DNA of 64,000 bases from an uncultured cyanobacterium (GTDB lineage Bacteria; Cyanobacteriota; Cyanobacteriia; PCC-9006; JAAUQQ01): positions 1,568,001 to 1,632,000 of the forward strand of contig OY970368.1 of assembly GCA_963718615.1 (NCBI GenBank), read 5' to 3'. The notes under the pieces are model-generated. The model was given only the letters and a program-made list of their open reading frames with translations. It was not told where the DNA came from and made no database searches. A program made the translations under genes and the position numbers. Shown one piece after another: positions 50,727 through 59,462 of this stretch; position 1 is the first letter of the stretch; every line of letters starts with the position of its first letter.

Positions 50727-51890
50727 CTAGAGAATATGGCTAGGGGCTGGGGGCGGAGCAGGTGGGGCAGGCGGCATGACCGATTCAGCCGTGGGCGCAG
50801 CGGGCTGTTCTGTAACCGGGGCAGACTGTCCCGTGGGTCTGGCCATGGCATTGCGGGCGAGTTGTGCCAGCAGGTATTGGGTGATCAACGTGGGCTGTTC
50901 GGCTTGCATGATCGAGCGCACCACCGCCACCCGGCGAGCTCCGGCTCCCATCACTTCCCCTAGGTTATCAGCGTTGATGCTGCCAATGGCAAACCAGGGA
51001 ACAGGAGAATTTTGCACTGCGTATCGCACATAGTCCAATCCCGCCGCCGCTTTACCGGGTTTGGTCGGCGTTTCGTAGACCGGGCCGACGCCAATGTAGT
51101 CCGCTCCCTCCTGCAGCGCCCGTGCCATCTCCTCCGGGCTAGTGGTCGAACGACCAATGATGCAACTTGGACCCAGGATTTGACGGGCTAGGGAAATCGG
51201 CACATCCTGCTGACCCAAATGTACGCCATCCGCACCGACGGCGAGGGCCAGATCGACGCGATCGTTCATCAAAAACAGGGCTCCGTAGCCATGGCAGAGT
51301 TCTCTCAGCTTGATCGCCGTTTGCAGCCGCAGGGTGTCTTCCGACTCCTTGTCGCGGTATTGCAGAATCTGTAACCCGCCTTCGAGAGCCGATTGCACCA
51401 CATTGAAAAGGTTGTTACTGGGGCTCGTCACCAAATAGAGCGAAGCATTGAGGAGTTTTTGCCGCCGTTCGTGGCCTAACAGTTCGGTTTCGATGGTGTA
51501 GATGCGATAGCGCATTTGCTTGCAGGTTGCGCCCAGCTCGGTGTCATAGACCTTGCCATATTCTTCTAGAACCCGCAGGGCCTCCTGGACGCGGCAAAAA
51601 TTGGCCTGAAGCACCTGGGGAATGCCGTTGCGGACGGCCTCCTGGGGATGGGTGAGGCTGGTGCCGGGGTCTTCCGAGGTGTTGCGGGCGGAGCGAAACT
51701 CAGGCCGATGCCAGCGGGCGAGCTCCTGGCGCAGGTTTTTAAATTCCTCGGTGAATTCGAAATGGTTCAGGCCAAAGCGGCACCAGTCTTCGAGGATGCG
51801 CAGACCCTCGCGGACGCGGTCCAGATTGGCGTCGAGGATGCGGAAGAGGGCTGGTTGAACCAGATTTTGTTGCCAGTTGGAGTCACCCAT
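50727..51890 (-). CDS. thiE: Thiamine-phosphate synthase (cyanobacterial long form)
   Basis: RILDANLDRVREGLR N-terminal domain, QYRDK, NDRVD, GVHLGQQD and ETPTK motifs. Confidence 0.95.
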   Translation of the reverse strand: MGDSNWQQNLVQPALFRILDANLDRVREGLRILEDWCRFGLNHFEFTEEFKNLRQELARWHRPEFRSARNTSEDPGTSLTHPQEAVRNGIPQVLQANFCRVQEALRVLEEYGKVYDTELGATCKQMRYRIYTIETELLGHERRQKLLNASLYLVTSPSNNLFNVVQSALEGGLQILQYRDKESEDTLRLQTAIKLRELCHGYGALFLMNDRVDLALAVGADGVHLGQQDVPISLARQILGPSCIIGRSTTSPEEMARALQEGADYIGVGPVYETPTKPGKAAAGLDYVRYAVQNSPVPWFAIGSINADNLGEVMGAGARRVAVVRSIMQAEQPTLITQYLLAQLARNAMARPTGQSAPVTEQPAAPTAESVMPPAPPAPPPAPSHIL

Positions 51891-52361
51891 GTTTCTATCG
51901 TTCGCAAGTGCAAGGTTGTACAGGTTGGACGGAGGACACACCACCGTGCCTTCTCCAGCAAACCGCTTCCTTTAGCGTAAAGGCCGATGGGGCAATGCGG
52001 TGGCGGAGAAGCGCTTTGGGGCAGGGAGGCGGATTGAGTTTGCAGAAAGATGAACTTTTGCAATGATCCCGTTGTACTTCATAATCTTGTGAAGCCTACG
52101 GTGACTCAACCCAGAGCCGGAATGTATCTAGTTATCCTGTCTAGATGGTTTTGCATCCAGGGTTGTTGGGCCTTATCTCAGAAATTTGTGGTGGCTCCTG
52201 GTCGTTTTCAAATTTGTTTGCTACAACAAACGAGCTTGTTGGCGAAAGGGAGCGAGTGCGAAGCTCGTCGAGTGCGGAATTCGTTGAATCTGGGCATTAT
52301 TCTTTCAACGCCAAAATTCAACGCCAAAATTACGTGAAGCCCTGAAGGGTATCGATGCAAT

Positions 52362-53063
52362 ATGGCCTTTGTTTCCTTCCTTTGGACCCTGCGGGTTGTG
52401 GCGATCGCCACAGCCCTATCCCTTCCCCTAGGAGCCTTGGGAGCCTTAGCGGTGCGGGCGAATGAGGCGATCGCCCCCGTTTCCCCCATTTCTCCACCTC
52501 ACCTTGCCCTAGACCCGGCCATGGTCCAAAACCAGGAGCTGCAAGAGCTCAAGGCCCTCGCACCGCGTTTGCGGGTGCCAAAATCTGGAGGGATTCATGC
52601 TGGAGGAATTACGGATAGGGATGCTAGTGGGGCGATCGCGATTCCCGTCATTCCATCCGCCCCCAGTGCTTTTCCCAGTACTTTGCCCAGTACTCCACTG
52701 GGTTCCCCTGCCGACCCCAATGCCCAGCCCTTACCCGTTCCTGAATTGCGGGTGCCAGTGGGCAATGTGGGAAACCGTCACGATATTAGCCCAGTAACGC
52801 TAGCGGCGATGCCCTGGATGGCTGAGCCAATGACGGCGACGGTGGTGACGGCGACGGTGCAGTATCGGGTGCTGGTAGAAACGCCCCATCCCCTCGTGCA
52901 GGCCCAAGTCCAAACCCTCGTACCAACGGCCTTTGTCACCCTAGAGCAAGGACGCCCTGTTATGCAGGTGGGCAGTTTTGAGGATCCGGGCCGAGCGAAT
53001 GCATTGCAGCAAACTCTGGCACGCTATGGGTTTTGGGCCAGGGTCGAACTTCAGCGCGCTTAA
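52362..53063 (+). CDS. Hypothetical exported protein with C-terminal SPOR-like domain
   Basis: Signal-like N-terminus, Pro-rich linker, YRVLV...MQVGSFED..RAN pattern. Confidence 0.65.
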   Translation: MAFVSFLWTLRVVAIATALSLPLGALGALAVRANEAIAPVSPISPPHLALDPAMVQNQELQELKALAPRLRVPKSGGIHAGGITDRDASGAIAIPVIPSAPSAFPSTLPSTPLGSPADPNAQPLPVPELRVPVGNVGNRHDISPVTLAAMPWMAEPMTATVVTATVQYRVLVETPHPLVQAQVQTLVPTAFVTLEQGRPVMQVGSFEDPGRANALQQTLARYGFWARVELQRA

Positions 53064-53081
53064 CGTGAACCTACAGCGAAC

Positions 53082-54344
53082 TTAAAAGGGTAATGTTTCA
53101 GTCACCAAGGATTCCACCGGGGCGATCGACTGGAGATATTGCAAAAAATCCCAAAGCTCCGCATCGTTCAGGTCTTTACGGGTGGGCTTATCATAGCGGG
53201 ACTTGAGGAAATTGCTGCCTTGGCGATTGGTCCATTTCAGCCGTTTACATTCGTTCGCCGTGCGTTCCATCATCTCGCTGCGGGAGAGGGGCGGTTCTAG
53301 GGTGACCAAGGATTCGTCAAAGGCCGCGCTGTAATCGGTTTCGGGCTGAGGAGTTGCCAACGGTGCAGGTTCTGGGTCAGTAAGTTCGAATGTATCAGGC
53401 TCTAGCTCGGCAGGCTCTAGCTCAGCAGGCTTTAGCACTGGACCTGTGGCCGCCGCTGCCGCTGGTTCCTCAAACTGATCGGGATCAAAGTGGGAGGGCA
53501 GGGCTCGCAGATAGCTCAGAAAATCCATGAGCTCGCTGTAATCGGTGATGTAATCCCGCGAAGACTTGCCATAGGTTCGCTGCAAATAATCGGATTCCTG
53601 CTTGGTGGTCCAGCCCAAGCGCTTGAGTTCAACCTCCACCTGAGCTAAGTCCTCAGACCAATCTGCCACGAAAGCCGCAGGTTTAGAAGACGGCACCGAG
53701 GCCGGGGAAGATGAGGGGGTAAAGGGTTCCTCAAACTTCGGCTCCGGCAGATCGTAGTCGGTTAAGTCGTAATCCGTGAGCGTCGGTTTGGGTTTGGGCT
53801 TTTCGACGGATTGGCCGCTGGGCTTGCCTTTTCCGTTCGGCTTGCCATTAGATAGGCCATTTTTAGATAGGCCATTTGAGGTTCCGTTTAATTGGCCCTT
53901 TGATGCCTCAGAGGCTGGCAGGGTTTCTATCGCAGCCGGTGCGTTTATTGGAGCCTGAGTCGTTGGAGCCTGAGCCGTTGTTGGTGTGAAAGGGGCGCTG
54001 GTCGTGGGGGTGACGGCGGTGACGGCAGGGGTAGTAGTAGGAACAAAGCCAAACTGTTCTAGAGCCCGTAGCTGAGCCAAAGCCTCTGCTTGAAGCAAGT
54101 CAGTCGCCTCCGCCAGGGCACTCGCCAAGGTCATGCCGCCCACAACCACAGTGGCTTGGACGATATAACAGAGAGGAGACGGAAGGTCCGAAGCCTGAAC
54201 CTTCACCAAATTGGCAATCACGCCGCCCATAGGATAATGCCGTCGAAACTGCTGAATCCCTTCCAGGGCTTGCTGGGGGAGCTCCTCTGGAGCGGTGGCC
54301 GCGATCGATGAAGGGGGTTGAGCGAAATCGCGATTTTGAGCCAT
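53082..54344 (-). CDS. Conserved hypothetical protein with two repeated C-terminal domains
   Basis: Two KRLxWT...YxKxxR...ELxDFLxYL repeats separated by low-complexity linkers. Confidence 0.8.
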   Translation of the reverse strand: MAQNRDFAQPPSSIAATAPEELPQQALEGIQQFRRHYPMGGVIANLVKVQASDLPSPLCYIVQATVVVGGMTLASALAEATDLLQAEALAQLRALEQFGFVPTTTPAVTAVTPTTSAPFTPTTAQAPTTQAPINAPAAIETLPASEASKGQLNGTSNGLSKNGLSNGKPNGKGKPSGQSVEKPKPKPTLTDYDLTDYDLPEPKFEEPFTPSSSPASVPSSKPAAFVADWSEDLAQVEVELKRLGWTTKQESDYLQRTYGKSSRDYITDYSELMDFLSYLRALPSHFDPDQFEEPAAAAATGPVLKPAELEPAELEPDTFELTDPEPAPLATPQPETDYSAAFDESLVTLEPPLSRSEMMERTANECKRLKWTNRQGSNFLKSRYDKPTRKDLNDAELWDFLQYLQSIAPVESLVTETLPF

Positions 54345-54512
54345 GGTGATTGTCCTGAGCGTCCTAGTTCTATTTTAGAAACTAACGGCGAAATCTCGCG
54401 TGAGGAAGACGTTAAGGAATAATAGAAAAGGCGAGGCTGGCCTAATCACTAACCTGTTCTAGAGGAATGACCGTTTTGTCTTGTTGCTTATCCTTGCCTT
54501 TTTTAACCTGGA

Positions 54513-55271
54513 ATGATTGATTCGATCTTGGCTCCCTTCGAGCTTTTTAGTACCGACACGCTGCTGCTCCTGCCAATCTTGATTGGCTTGGAGGCGGTGC
54601 TGTCTGCGGATAATGCCATTGCCCTGGCGGCGATCGCCCGAGGACTCAAGGATCCCAAACTCCAGCAGGATGCCTTAAACCTGGGCTTAGTCGTGGCGTT
54701 TAGTTTACGGGTGTTACTGATTCTCACTGCCACCTGGGTAACGCAGTTTTGGCAGTTTGAGTTAGGGGGCGCGGCCTATTTGCTCTGGTTAGCCATTCAG
54801 TATTTTTTCCTCAGCGACGAGGAAGATGCAGAGGGCAATCACCACCACCATGGCCGCAGTTTGAATAATCTTTGGGAAGCGATTCCGCTGATTGCCCTGA
54901 CGGATCTGGCGTTCTCCCTGGATAGTGTGACGACGGCGATCGCTATTTCCAAGGAAACCTGGCTGGTAATCACGGGGGGAGCCATTGGTGTCTTGACCCT
55001 GCGGTTTATGGCGGGACTATTTATCCGCTGGCTCAAGGAATTTGCCTATCTGGAAGATGCGGGCTATCTGGCGGTGGCGCTGGTGGGGCTGCGGTTGCTT
55101 CTGCGGGTGGTGTTGCCGGAGTTTGTGCCGCCGGAATGGGTGATGGTGAGCTTGATCTCGATGCTGTTTATTTGGGGATTTTCGAAGCGATCGCCCGACC
55201 CAGTCCCCCCCGAAACGCCCCTAGATCCTCCCCTAGAACCCGCAACATCCAAAGCTCCCTCCGACGCCTAG
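54513..55271 (+). CDS. TerC family membrane protein
   Basis: LEAVLSADNA and DLAFSLDSV motifs. Confidence 0.92.
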   Translation: MIDSILAPFELFSTDTLLLLPILIGLEAVLSADNAIALAAIARGLKDPKLQQDALNLGLVVAFSLRVLLILTATWVTQFWQFELGGAAYLLWLAIQYFFLSDEEDAEGNHHHHGRSLNNLWEAIPLIALTDLAFSLDSVTTAIAISKETWLVITGGAIGVLTLRFMAGLFIRWLKEFAYLEDAGYLAVALVGLRLLLRVVLPEFVPPEWVMVSLISMLFIWGFSKRSPDPVPPETPLDPPLEPATSKAPSDA

Positions 55272-55274
55272 GGC

Positions 55275-55655
55275 ATGAACCACAGCGATTCCCATAAACC
55301 ATCACGTTCGGCTTTACTGCCCACGGAGGTTATCCTGATGCAAAGCCAGCAGAGCCTCGGTCGGTTTGAGCTAGAAGCGCAGTTGCAGCCCGGTAGTTCT
55401 CTAGAACTCCAAGGCGAGACCTATGTGGTCCTAGAGCGACGCCATCGCTATCAGTATCGCCAGGGGCGCTATTGTCTTGGGCAAATCTTGCTCTACGTGA
55501 ATCCAGCGACACCAACTATGGAAAAAACTTGGGTTGGGGGCCGTTGGGTGTTGGGGGATGCGAGCTGTCGGTTTAATGCGCGATCGCCTCTCCTGCGTTG
55601 TGCGATCAATCCGCAAGGCCCCTGTGCAGGATGTGTGAGCTACCTTAACGGGTGA
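55275..55655 (+). CDS. DUF6464-like hypothetical protein
   Basis: VLERRHRYQ...LGDASCRFNARSPLLRCAINPQGPCAGC. Confidence 0.8.
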   Translation: MNHSDSHKPSRSALLPTEVILMQSQQSLGRFELEAQLQPGSSLELQGETYVVLERRHRYQYRQGRYCLGQILLYVNPATPTMEKTWVGGRWVLGDASCRFNARSPLLRCAINPQGPCAGCVSYLNG

Positions 55656-55756
55656 ATTGACATCCATCTCCCGCAATCCTGGCTCATGTTCTAGACCTGT
55701 GTACTGTCTCTAGCCTTGGGCGACAATTCGTCTGGGTTCCATATTCTTTCAATAGA

Positions 55757-56632
55757 TCAAGATTGTTGTTCTAGAAACTGGGCGATCGCCCCATCAAATC
55801 GCTCCGGATCCACCAAAAACGCCCAATGATTGCTCTCCAGTGTGCAAATCTCAAGCTGAGGCAAAAATTGCCGATAGGGCTGGAGCTGTTTTTCAGAGCG
55901 ATTGATGCCGAGGGTCGGACGAACCAAGAGCGTCGGTAGATCGAGGGTTTGGGTAAAGCCCGGTTCCATGATCGCATCAAACATGGGTTCTCGGGCGGCG
56001 ATCGCAAACTTACTCCCCCAGCTTCCGTCGGGCTTTTGTTCCACCGATTGCTCAAAGACTTGCTGCTGCAACGGCGTCCAGTCCCGATATTGTTTGAGCT
56101 GTCGTGCCTGGGTTGCCGCAGCAGCTTTGTCCGGAAATGGTCCCAGCATCTTGAGAAACGGCAGAATTTTGTAAAACAGCGGAAACGTCAACTTGCTCCA
56201 GCGGGGGAAGCGGTTCATAAACGCCGGATCCACCAAAATCATCGAGCGAAATTGCTCCGGCTCTCGCGTTGCCCAGACAACCAGTAGTTTTGCCGTCCAG
56301 GAATGTCCCAGCAAATGGGCAGAAGTCCAGCCATAATGGGCCATTAACGCCTTCACATCTTGAATCGTGTCCGTGAAGCTGTAGCCAGTTGCGGGTTTGC
56401 TGCTTTCGCCATGGCCTCGCAGATCGGGGGCGAGGATGTGGTAGCGATCGCCCAAGTCCGCCCCCAAACTCGCCCCCAAACTCGCCCAAACCCCTGCATG
56501 GTCCGCCATGCCATGGAGCAAAATCAGCGGAATGCCGCCAGGGTTCCATTCAAAATAGGAAATTTCAACGCCATGGGCCGTTGTCAAGACTTGACGTGGG
56601 GGAAGCTGAAATGTGCGATCGCCAAGGGTCAT
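55757..56632 (-). CDS. Alpha/beta hydrolase
   Basis: LLHGMAD, DLRGHG, GHSW and NHW motifs. Confidence 0.88.
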   Translation of the reverse strand: MTLGDRTFQLPPRQVLTTAHGVEISYFEWNPGGIPLILLHGMADHAGVWASLGASLGADLGDRYHILAPDLRGHGESSKPATGYSFTDTIQDVKALMAHYGWTSAHLLGHSWTAKLLVVWATREPEQFRSMILVDPAFMNRFPRWSKLTFPLFYKILPFLKMLGPFPDKAAAATQARQLKQYRDWTPLQQQVFEQSVEQKPDGSWGSKFAIAAREPMFDAIMEPGFTQTLDLPTLLVRPTLGINRSEKQLQPYRQFLPQLEICTLESNHWAFLVDPERFDGAIAQFLEQQS

Positions 56633-56710
56633 AGCCAAAATCCAACCCAAAAAACGGAACAAAGAAAGGATGCAATTTGTTTGGTTTAGGTCGCTCTCCA
56701 CGGGCAAGGA

Positions 56711-57313
56711 TTAGGTTGCTTCTGAAGGTTCCTCTGAAGGGTCCTCGGATACCGGAAATACGACGTTCTCATAGACGGCTTCGATCGCGCCTTCAAATCC
56801 CACGCTGGCTAGTGAAAATTGTCCTTCGACAAAGGTGTGGAGGATCCAGACCCCAGCTTCTCCTCGCCGGAAGCATTCGATGCGCGATCGCTTCGAGTTG
56901 ACCAAAACGTATTCTTCGAGGCTGTCTAGGGTCTGGTAATCCGCAAATTTGTCGCCGCGATCGTAGGCTTCGGTGGAGTCGGAGAGGACTTCAAGGATCA
57001 GTTTAGGAAATGATTTATAGAGGGGGGTTTCGGCATCTCTGCTCTCACAGGTCACCATGACATCAGGATAGAAGAAGCGGTTGCGTCGCTCAATCCGAGC
57101 TTTCATATCTGAAATATAGACACGACACCCTGAACCCCGTAAATGAGAGAGCAACAGAGCGGAGATGTTGAGGGCAACGGTGACATGACTGTCCGTTGCG
57201 CCTGCCATAGCGAAGATTTCGCCGTCGTGATACTCGTGTTTGACGTCACGCTGGGTTTCGAGGGTGAGGTATTGGTCAGGGGTGAGGTAGGCGCGATCGG
57301 AGAGAGCAACCAT
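56711..57313 (-). CDS. Uma2 family (DUF820) PD-(D/E)XK endonuclease-like protein
   Basis: HEYHDGEIFAMAG, YPDVMV and EVLSDSTEAYDRGDKF motifs. Confidence 0.92.
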   Translation of the reverse strand: MVALSDRAYLTPDQYLTLETQRDVKHEYHDGEIFAMAGATDSHVTVALNISALLLSHLRGSGCRVYISDMKARIERRNRFFYPDVMVTCESRDAETPLYKSFPKLILEVLSDSTEAYDRGDKFADYQTLDSLEEYVLVNSKRSRIECFRRGEAGVWILHTFVEGQFSLASVGFEGAIEAVYENVVFPVSEDPSEEPSEAT

Positions 57314-57499
57314 GAGAATAGGGGAATAGATGACGAGGCTGGTGAGGATGTTTCTAGTCTACGGGTGGGTTGGGCGATGGGGCGGGCTTTAGGGGGGGCG
57401 GGTCGAGCAAATCAGGGAAGCGCGATCGCATTCTGGGGAGTTCAACACCGTTAAAATGAAAATAGCATCGGGTTGAAAAGTTCAACAAGCCCTAGCACT

Positions 57500-58267
57500 A
57501 TGGTTCAGCAGCCCCGTCCCACCTTGGTCGAATATCCCGAAACTGATGGTCAGCCCATGACAGAAAGCGATGCCACGCGCAACTACTTGGTTTACTGTGT
57601 CGCTGCGCTGCGGCTATTTTTTCAGAGTCGGCCCCAGGTCTATGTTTCCGGTAACCTGTTTATCTACTACGAAGAAGGCCAGCCCAGCAAAAACATTTCG
57701 CCGGATGTCTTTGTGATTTTTGGCGTGAGCAACCGGGAGCGCCGCAGCTATAAGGCCTGGCAGGAGGGCAATAAGCTGCCGTCGTTTATTTTGGAGCTGA
57801 CGTCGAAGAGTACGAAGAAGCAGGATGAGGAGACCAAGCCTGAGCTGTATCGCCGACTTGGGGTGCAGGAATATTTTCAGTACGATCCGACCGGGGATTA
57901 TCTTCAGCCGCAGCTCAAGGGGCAAACCTTGGTGAATGGCGAGTATCAGCCGATCGAAGCCCAGACGCTGGCCGATGGAACCGTATCTTTGTCCAGTCGG
58001 GTTTTGGGTTTGGATCTGCGGCTGTTGGCCGCTTCTGTGGCTTCGTTCCTACCCTCCCCCTTGGGAACGGTTACGCGGGAGTTACGCTTATTTGATCCTG
58101 CAACGGGAGCGCAGCTCTTGACCTATGCGGAGTTGGAGCTGTCTCGGGTGCGGGCAGAGCAGGTGGCAGCGGAGGAACGGCAGCGGGCGGAAGCAGAGCA
58201 GCAGCGGGCGGAGCGGTTGGCGGAGCATTTGCGATCGCTCGGTGTTGATCCAGATTCGATTTTCTAG
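57500..58267 (+). CDS. Uma2 family endonuclease-like protein with coiled-coil tail
   Basis: YPETDGQPM, SPDVFV, ELTSKST and EYFQYDP motifs; RAERLA..LRSLGVDPD tail. Confidence 0.92.
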   Translation: MVQQPRPTLVEYPETDGQPMTESDATRNYLVYCVAALRLFFQSRPQVYVSGNLFIYYEEGQPSKNISPDVFVIFGVSNRERRSYKAWQEGNKLPSFILELTSKSTKKQDEETKPELYRRLGVQEYFQYDPTGDYLQPQLKGQTLVNGEYQPIEAQTLADGTVSLSSRVLGLDLRLLAASVASFLPSPLGTVTRELRLFDPATGAQLLTYAELELSRVRAEQVAAEERQRAEAEQQRAERLAEHLRSLGVDPDSIF

Positions 58268-58291
58268 CTTCATTTCCATAACAGGCTTGCC

Positions 58292-59419
58292 ATGAGCGAA
58301 TATCAGGTTTACGAATTCCAGGCGATCGACCGTTTCCTGTCTTCCGACGACAAGGCGTATTTGCATAGCCTTTCCAGCCGAGCCCAGGTGGGAGCAACTT
58401 CTGCTCGGTTTACCTATAGCTATGGGGATTTTCGGGCAAAGCCGGAGGAGGTGCTCGATCGCTGTTTTGATGTGATGTTGTATGTCGCCAATTTCGGCGT
58501 GCGCCGCTTGGTCATGCGGTTGCCGAAGGAACTGGTGAAAATGTCCAAGCTCGAACCCTACGAAATCCCCTACACGATTACATTCGAGGAAACACCCCGC
58601 TCAATCCTCGTTGATCTCAACTTGGTTTGTGAGGATTACTACACTTGGATTGAAGAGGGACCGATGCTCTCCAGTCTGGTGTCCCTGCGGGAGGAACTCC
58701 TTCGGGGAGATTTACGGCTGCTGTATCTGGCATGGCTGCGCAGTGGCAAGAGTGAAGAGTCACCCCTGTCGCCAGACGCTATGCTTGAGCCTCCGGTTCC
58801 GGCGGGCTTGCAGCAACTATCCACGGGGTTGAAGGCATTTGCTGAGCTGTTTGTCGTGGATGAGGATTTGATTGCGGCGGCAGCAGAGGAAAGCGCCGCA
58901 GGGCCAGAAGATATGGAGGAACCCTTGGAGCAATGGCTGGCAGAACTGACGACGGAGGAGCATATTGAGTATTTGCTGCGGGCGATGCGGGGGGAGACCC
59001 ATGTGGGGCAAGAGTTGTTGCAGCGACTCAGGTTTGAGTTTGGTTCGGAGGAAGATGAGGAGGAGGAATTGGAGGGTTTGCCGGGACGTTCGCTGGGGGA
59101 TTTGATGGCGATCGCCCAACAAAAACAAAAACAACGAAAAAAACAAGCGGCCCAGGCAGAGCAACGCGCCCGCGAGAAGTATCTCGATTCGTTGGTGCCA
59201 AAGCAAGAGGCGTTGTGGCGGGAGGTGCCTCGCTTGATTGAGCTGAAAACGGCGCGGGGGTATGAGCAGGCGGTGGCGATTTTGGTGGATTTGAAGGCTG
59301 TGGCATTGCTCCAAGGCAAGGTTGTGGATTTTATGGAGCGAGTGCAGGCGCTTGTGGATCGTTATTCGGGTCGATCTGCGTTGAAAAAGCGAATGCGGGA
59401 TGCCAATTTGTTGGATTAG
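58292..59419 (+). CDS. Conserved hypothetical protein
   Basis: MSEYQVYEFQAIDR..SSRA..YSYGDF..GDLRLLYLAWL; 375-aa ORF 24 nt after the Uma2 gene. Confidence 0.8.
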   Translation: MSEYQVYEFQAIDRFLSSDDKAYLHSLSSRAQVGATSARFTYSYGDFRAKPEEVLDRCFDVMLYVANFGVRRLVMRLPKELVKMSKLEPYEIPYTITFEETPRSILVDLNLVCEDYYTWIEEGPMLSSLVSLREELLRGDLRLLYLAWLRSGKSEESPLSPDAMLEPPVPAGLQQLSTGLKAFAELFVVDEDLIAAAAEESAAGPEDMEEPLEQWLAELTTEEHIEYLLRAMRGETHVGQELLQRLRFEFGSEEDEEEELEGLPGRSLGDLMAIAQQKQKQRKKQAAQAEQRAREKYLDSLVPKQEALWREVPRLIELKTARGYEQAVAILVDLKAVALLQGKVVDFMERVQALVDRYSGRSALKKRMRDANLLD

Positions 59420-59462
59420 ATTTCTTTCATAAATCATGAAAATCAACGGATTCAATAGGGTT

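Noticed and set aside
51891-52361. TPP riboswitch upstream of thiE
   Set aside because: No recognisable CTGAGA...ACCTGA core on the minus strand
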